Origin: Arcobacter sp.
GTDB lineage: Bacteria > Campylobacterota > Campylobacteria > Campylobacterales > Arcobacteraceae
NCBI GenBank assembly: GCA_965662175.1
Contig: CBFIGT010000032.1
Coordinates: forward strand, 1-20,637
Length of the DNA stretch: 20,637 nucleotides
Reading direction: 5' to 3'
Shown here: positions 14,917 to 20,637 of the stretch, one piece after another
Layout: the number at the start of each line of letters is the position of its first letter
Numbering within the stretch: position 1 is the first letter of the stretch
Notes under the pieces: generated by a model
The model's input: the letters and a program-made list of their open reading frames with translations, nothing else
Databases searched by the model: none
Told to the model about the DNA's origin: nothing
Program-made: the position numbers and the translations under genes

Positions 14917-16626
14917 ATGAGTGGCTTAAAGATTTCAATTGGACAATATTCAACTAAGGGAAAAAAAGATATTAATCAAGACTTTTATGATATTAATATT
15001 CCCAAAGAGCCTTTTTTAACAACAAAAGGAGTTGCAATTGCTATTGCAGATGGGATAAGTAGTAGTAAAGTTAGTCAAGAAGCTAGTAAGTTATCTGTTG
15101 TCTCTTTTTTAGAAGATTATTACTCAACACCTGAGTCTTGGTCTGTAAAAAAATCTGCAAATAGAGTTTTACATGCTACAAACTCTTGGCTTTATTTTCA
15201 AAATAGAAAAAACCAATACCATCTTGACAAAGATAAAGGTTATGTATGTACCTTTAGTGCTTTAATCCTAAAATCAAATACAGCTCACATTTTTCATATT
15301 GGTGATACTCGAATTTATAGATTAAGAGATAATGAATTACAACAATTAACAAACGATCATAGAACATGGATTTCAAATGAAAAAAGTTATTTAAGTCGTG
15401 CGTTAGGTATTGATTCACAAGTTCTTATTGATTGTGAAAATTTAGAGATTGAAATAGATGATATTTTTTTTCTTATGACTGATGGGGTTTATGATTTTGT
15501 AGATGAAAATGTTATAAATAATGAAATACAAAAAAGTAATGATTATAATATCATTGCTAAAAATATTATTAATAAAGCTATAGAAAACGAAAGTGATGAT
15601 AACCTTACTATTCAAATAATAAAAATAGACTCTTTACCAACTAAAAGTAATAATGAAATACAAAAAGAAATTTTTAATAAACCAATTGCTCCAATATTAA
15701 GTGCTAGAGAGATTTTTGATGGTTATACAATTATTAGAGAGTTAAGTGCAACAAGTAGAAGCCATATCTATTTTGCTTTAGATAATCAATCAAAAGAGAA
15801 AAATCCAGTAGTAATAAAAACTCCATCAATTGACTTAAAAGAAGATAAAGCTTATTTAGAAAGATTCTTAATGGAAGAGTGGATTGCAAAAAGAGTAAAT
15901 AATCCATATATTCTAAAAGCATATAATACAAATAGAAAACAAAATTATATTTATACTGTTTTTGAATACATAGAAGGAACAACCCTTACTCAATGGATAT
16001 TGGATAATCCAAAACCAAAAATTGAGATTGTAAGAAATATTATAGAGCAAATTTCAAAAGCTCTTATGGCTTTTCATAAACTTGAAATGGTACATCAAGA
16101 TTTAAGGCCAGAAAATATTATGATTGATAAAACAAACTCTATAAAAATCATAGATTTTGGTTCCACAAAAATTGAAGGAATTTTAGAAATAAATAATAGT
16201 TCAGAACAACCCTTATTAGGAACAGCCCTATACTCAGCTCCTGAATACTTTCTAGGAGAAAGAGGAACAACAAAATCTGATATTTTTTCTATAGGAGTAA
16301 TTACCTATCAAATGCTATCAAATAAGCTTCCCTATGGAGTTAGTGTTGCTAGAGCAAACAATAAAAGTGCACAAAATAAGTTAAAGTATAAAACTCTTTA
16401 TCCTGAGTTTCCTATTTGGATTGATGAAACATTAAGAAAATCTTTACAGTTAAATCCATCTAAAAGATATGAGGAACTATCAGAGTTTTTATTTGATTTT
16501 TCATACCCAAATAGAAAGTTTTTAACAAAAAGAAAAGTGCCTATAATTGAAAAAAACCCTTTGCTTTTTTGGAAAATATCAAATTTAATTTTATTGATAG
16601 TTATTTTTGTACTACTAATTAGGTAG
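14917..16626 (+). CDS. Bifunctional PP2C-type phosphatase / Ser/Thr kinase with C-terminal membrane helix (copy 2)
   Basis: IADGIS, HIGDTRIY, MTDGVY, DDNLT; VVIK, HQDLRPEN, DFG, GTALYSAPE, SDIFSIG; hydrophobic C-terminus. Confidence 0.9.
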   Translation: MSGLKISIGQYSTKGKKDINQDFYDINIPKEPFLTTKGVAIAIADGISSSKVSQEASKLSVVSFLEDYYSTPESWSVKKSANRVLHATNSWLYFQNRKNQYHLDKDKGYVCTFSALILKSNTAHIFHIGDTRIYRLRDNELQQLTNDHRTWISNEKSYLSRALGIDSQVLIDCENLEIEIDDIFFLMTDGVYDFVDENVINNEIQKSNDYNIIAKNIINKAIENESDDNLTIQIIKIDSLPTKSNNEIQKEIFNKPIAPILSAREIFDGYTIIRELSATSRSHIYFALDNQSKEKNPVVIKTPSIDLKEDKAYLERFLMEEWIAKRVNNPYILKAYNTNRKQNYIYTVFEYIEGTTLTQWILDNPKPKIEIVRNIIEQISKALMAFHKLEMVHQDLRPENIMIDKTNSIKIIDFGSTKIEGILEINNSSEQPLLGTALYSAPEYFLGERGTTKSDIFSIGVITYQMLSNKLPYGVSVARANNKSAQNKLKYKTLYPEFPIWIDETLRKSLQLNPSKRYEELSEFLFDFSYPNRKFLTKRKVPIIEKNPLLFWKISNLILLIVIFVLLIR

Positions 16627-16658
16627 TTTTAATAATATTATTTAATTTTAAGTACAAC

Positions 16659-16675
16659 TGTATATTTTATATACA
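16659..16675. promoter_or_regulatory. Palindromic operator copy 6 (nirB promoter)
   Basis: TGTATATTTTATATACA, 65 bp upstream of the nirB GTG. Confidence 0.72.
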
Positions 16676-16740
16676 ATAAATAGTCAAATAAATAGAATTT
16701 TAATGTAATAATACAATATATATATGTAAAAGGAACAACA

Positions 16741-19203
16741 GTGAAAGAAAAACTAGTAGTTATTGGAAATGGAATGAGTGGTTTAAGAACCATAGAAGAT
16801 TTATTAGAAATAGAAAAAAACAAATATGATATTACAGTTTATGGTGATGAGCCATATGTAAACTATAATAGAATTATGCTTTCTTATATCCTATCACAAG
16901 AAAAATCTTTTGAAGATACTATTATAAATCATCAATCTTGGTATGATGAAAACAGTATCATTTTACATAAAGGTGATAAAGTAATCTCTATAGATAAAGA
17001 GAATAAAACTATAACAAGCCAAAGCGGAAAAACTGAAACTTATGACAAACTTCTAATAGCAACTGGTTCAAAACCTTTTGTTCCTAAAACATTTGGTAGT
17101 AATCTAAAAAATGTAATTGCTTTTAGAACAAAATTTGATGTTGATACTATTATTGATACTATTGATAAAAGCAAAAGTGCTGTTGTTGTTGGTGGTGGTT
17201 TACTTGGACTTGAAGCTGCTTATGGTATTGCTATGCATGGGGTTAAAACTATTTTAGTTCATAGAAGTGGTTCAATTCTTTCTCAACAACTAGACTCAAC
17301 AGGTGGAAGACTTCTTCAAAAAAATCTAGAGAGTTATGGTATTGAGTTTAAACTAAATACTACTGTAACAGAGATTTTAGGAAATGGTAGTGTTGAAAAA
17401 GTTAATTTTTCTGATGGTACTTTAGTTGACTCAAATATTGTAGTATTTGCAACAGGAATTATCCCAAACACTGATTTAGCACTTGATGCCTCATTATCTT
17501 GTAAAAAAGGTATTTTAGTTGATGATTATTTAACTACAAGTGATGACTCTATTTTTGCTATTGGAGAGTGTGTTGAACATAATGGGAACACTTATGGATT
17601 AGTAGCACCTTTATATGAACAAGCAAAAGTATTAGCTAAAAAATTAGCAGGAAAACAAACAGCTCCATATTCAGGTTCTACTTTATCAACAAGACTTAAA
17701 ATCTCAGGTGTTGATTTATTTTCAGCTGGTGATTATATGGGTGATGAAACAACTGAAGATTTAATCTTACTTGATGAAAAAGTTGGTGTTTATAAAAAGC
17801 TTGTAATTTATGAAAATAGAATTATTGGTGTTGTTTTATATGGTGATACAGCTGATGCTTCTTGGTATTTAAAACTTTTAAAAGAAGAGACTGATATTAG
17901 TGATTTAAGAACTAAAATTTTATTTGGCAAATCAGCTCTTGGTGATAGTGGTCATGGTGGAAATGATGTAAACTCTATGAGTGATGATGAAGAGGTTTGT
18001 GGATGTAATGGTATTTGTAAAGGTGATATTGTAAATGCGATTAAAGATAAAGATTTAAAATCTCTAAGTGATGTAAAATCATGTACAAAAGCTGGAGCTT
18101 CTTGTGGTTCTTGTATTGGATTAGTTGAGCAAATTTTAGTAAATACTTTAGGTGATGAGTATGATAGCGGACCTGAGGGTATTTGTGCTTGTACAGATAA
18201 AGGTCATGGTGAAATTAAAAAAGCTATTGATGAGGGTGATTTTACAACAGTTTATGAAGTATTTAACAAACTTGATTGGAAGACAGAAGATGGTTGTGTT
18301 AAATGTAGACCTGCTATTAATTACTATTTATTAGTTAAATACAATGATGATAAATATAAAAATGATAAGCGTTCTGCTCTTGTAAATGATAGAGTATTTG
18401 CAAATATCCAAAAAGATGGTACTTACTCTGTAGTTCCTAGGATTTGGGGTGGATTAACATCGCCTCAAGAGTTAAAAGATATTGCCAATATTGCAGTTAA
18501 ATATGATGTTCCAACTGTAAAATTTACAGGTGGTCAAAGACTTGATATGTTAGGTGTTAAAAAAGAGCAACTAGAGCCTATGTGGAAAGATTTAAATGAT
18601 GCTGGTTTTGTATCAGGTCAAGCTTATGCAAAAGGTTTAAGAACAGTTAAAACATGTGTTGGTAACCAATGGTGTAGATTTGGAACGCAAGACTCTATGG
18701 CTATGGGTGTAACTTTAGAAAAACTAACATGGGGTTCATGGACACCACATAAGTTTAAAATAGCTGTTTCAGGTTGTCCTAGAAATTGTGCGGAAGCTAC
18801 TATTAAAGACCTTGGGGTTATTGGAGTTGATTCAGGTTGGGAGATACATATTGCTGGAAATGGTGGTATAAAAGTTAGGGTAACTGATTTACTTTGTAAA
18901 GTAGAGACTGATGAAGAGCTAATTGAGTAAACAAAAGCCTTTAAGCAGTTATATAGGGAAGATGCATATTATTTAGAAAGAACAGCTCATTGGGTTGAAA
19001 GAGTAGGACTTCAATATGTAAAAGATGAATTATTAAATAAAGAAAAAGTGTTCTTTTGGGCAAGAAGATTTGAAGAGTCACAAAAACATGCACAAATTGA
19101 CCCTTGGGCTAAAGCTATTAAAGATGGATTTACAAAAGAGTTTAGTCCAATAGTTATAAATCCAGAAGAATCACACAGCTTTGAAGCTAAGGAGAATATA
19201 TAA
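16741..19203 (+). pseudogene. nirB: NAD(P)H-dependent siroheme nitrite reductase large subunit with in-frame TAA at 18928-18930 (full length 820 aa, truncated to 729 aa)
   Basis: FAD motif VIGNGMSG, NAD motif GGGLLGLE, two BFD-like Cys clusters, siroheme/[4Fe-4S] ligands CVGNQWC and GCPRNC. After the TAA the same frame continues for 90 codons (TKAFKQLYREDAYYLERTAHWVERVG...DPW...) to TAA 19201-19203, which abuts the nirD ATG. Confidence 0.88.
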
Positions 19204-19512
19204 ATGAAAACATGGATAGCTGCAATAAATATAAATGAAATCCCAAATATGGGTTCAAGAGTTTTATACTACAAAGAAGAAGAGATAGCCATATTTAAAA
19301 TAAAAAATGGTTCAATTCATGCTATTAGCAATTTATGTCCACACAAAAAAGGTAAACTAAGTGAGGGATTAGTACATGAAGAGTTTGTAACTTGCCCTTT
19401 ACATAACTGGGATATTGATTTAAATACAGGTGAAGCAAAAGGTGAAAATTGTGATTGTAGTACAACTTATGAAACTATGATTAAAGAAGATTTAGTTTAT
19501 ATAAAACTATAA
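19204..19512 (+). CDS. nirD: Nitrite reductase small subunit (Rieske-type)
   Basis: NLCPHKKG and VTCPLHNW Rieske motifs; AAGGAG RBS at the end of nirB. Confidence 0.9.
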   Translation: MKTWIAAININEIPNMGSRVLYYKEEEIAIFKIKNGSIHAISNLCPHKKGKLSEGLVHEEFVTCPLHNWDIDLNTGEAKGENCDCSTTYETMIKEDLVYIKL

Positions 19513-19575
19513 GTTATTATAAATTTAGACATTATAAGATAGAATTAACAATTAATAGTTATTTTTAGGATTATA

Positions 19576-20637
19576 ATGTTTAAGTCTTTGGCCATGTTAA
19601 AAGAGTTTAAAACTATTTTTATAGTTTTTACACTTTTTATTTCTACTTTTTTTATATTTTTAATTTATAACAAAAATAAACAAATCGAAGATAATTTACT
19701 TGTTCTTCAAAATGCTTATGATGTTCAGTATAAAATTATTTATGATAGCTTAAAAAGATTATCTCAAAACACTTTTTATGGAATAATCAACAAACCCCAA
19801 ATTTTTGACAATTTAAAAACTATTTCAGATGAATCTAGAGTAAAACTTCATGCAAGTTTTATTTCAGACTATAATCGACTTTTAGAGTATAACTTCAATC
19901 AAATACATTTTCATACAAAAGATAATTTTAGCTTTTTAAGAATGCATAAATCAGAGATTTATGGTGATGATTTAAGCACTATTAGACAGAGTGTTGTAAG
20001 AGCAAATAGAGAGTTAAAACCTATTGAGGGTTTTGAAATAGGAAGATTTATAAATGGCTTTAGATTTGTTTATCCTATTTTTGATGAAAACCTATTTCAT
20101 TTAGGAAGTGTAGAGGTTTCAGCATCTTCAGAAGCTTTTGAATTAAATTATGAAAAAGATTTTGTTTCAGATTTACATTTTTTACTAAGAAAAGATATAA
20201 GTAAAAAGAGAATGTATGATAAACCATATAATGAATTAATAACAAGTTTTGAAAACGACAACTACTTATTTAATCAAAATGGAAAAAGTGAACTCTATCA
20301 TTTCAAAAATCAAGATATTTATACTAAAAAAGATAAAATATATATCAATAAGATGATGAATGAGGGTAAAGATTTTATAATGTATAAAAACAACTCTGAT
20401 CATCATACAACTATTTATTATAAAGCAATTCCAGATGTAAGTGGTGTAAATAACGCAGCTTATCTAGTAATCTACACAAACTCAGAGTATCTAAAGCTAT
20501 TAAGTAAAAACTATACTATTGCAAATATACTTTTACTTATGATAATAATAGTTTTTATATTTCTTATGCATAATAAATATGAAGAGATTAATAAAATTAA
20601 ACAACAAGAAAAAATATTTAATCAACAATCAAAACTA
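19576..20637 (+). CDS. Membrane sensor histidine kinase with Cache-like periplasmic domain, 5' part (runs off the window)
   Basis: Open frame from ATG 19576 (AGGA RBS; alternative ATG 19594): TM helix, HFH..DNFSFLRMH..YGDDLS, GFEIGR..GFRFVYP, second TM helix, ending in QQSKL, the motif that precedes the H-box in the other kinase here. Not in the ORF track. Confidence 0.8.
   Translation, partial: MFKSLAMLKEFKTIFIVFTLFISTFFIFLIYNKNKQIEDNLLVLQNAYDVQYKIIYDSLKRLSQNTFYGIINKPQIFDNLKTISDESRVKLHASFISDYNRLLEYNFNQIHFHTKDNFSFLRMHKSEIYGDDLSTIRQSVVRANRELKPIEGFEIGRFINGFRFVYPIFDENLFHLGSVEVSASSEAFELNYEKDFVSDLHFLLRKDISKKRMYDKPYNELITSFENDNYLFNQNGKSELYHFKNQDIYTKKDKIYINKMMNEGKDFIMYKNNSDHHTTIYYKAIPDVSGVNNAAYLVIYTNSEYLKLLSKNYTIANILLLMIIIVFIFLMHNKYEEINKIKQQEKIFNQQSKL

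Noticed and set aside
2333..16675. Repeated palindrome as a CRISPR repeat or as an exact NtcA, TnrA or NifA site
   Set aside because: Copies are dispersed singly in promoters, not arrayed; spacing and bases differ from GTA-N8-TAC, TGTNA-N7-TNACA and TGT-N10-ACA.
10366..18334. Short ORFs 10366-10551, 15734-15982, 16638-16823 and 18152-18334
   Set aside because: Alternate-frame or antisense overlaps of conserved genes; no independent support.
18928..18930. Programmed recoding (selenocysteine or pyrrolysine) at the nirB internal stop
   Set aside because: The codon is TAA, not TGA or TAG; the position is not a Cys ligand; no SECIS-like hairpin is evident; other genes here end in TAA normally.

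Overview
AT-rich bacterial DNA, most likely Campylobacterota (Arcobacteraceae-like, inferred from AAGGA RBSs, TGnTATAAT promoters and QQSK-x-AAMGEMIGNIAHQWRQP-type kinases), carrying a large nitrate/nitrite assimilation cluster. In order: a partial ABC permease; an NrtA/CmpA-family binding protein interrupted in its signal peptide by an intact 590-bp IS200-type element; a NarK-type MFS transporter followed by a PP2C-Ser/Thr kinase fusion; a Nas/NarB-type molybdoenzyme; a fused DmsB-DmsC (4x[4Fe-4S] plus membrane anchor) protein coupled to a second, Tat-less Nas-like molybdoenzyme; an OmpR-type regulator and a CxxCH heme-sensor kinase (probable ATT start); an FNT channel followed by a second PP2C-kinase fusion; nirB with an in-frame TAA; nirD; and a partial Cache-type sensor kinase. 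Most notable: (1) a candidate cytoplasm-facing, quinone-linked Nas-DmsBC complex; (2) a 17-bp palindrome TGTATA-N5-TATACA found six times, usually 30-32 bp upstream of a -10 box; (3) two transporter plus phosphatase-kinase pairs; (4) a four-way-junction fold in the IS right end; (5) two independent inactivating lesions in the pathway.
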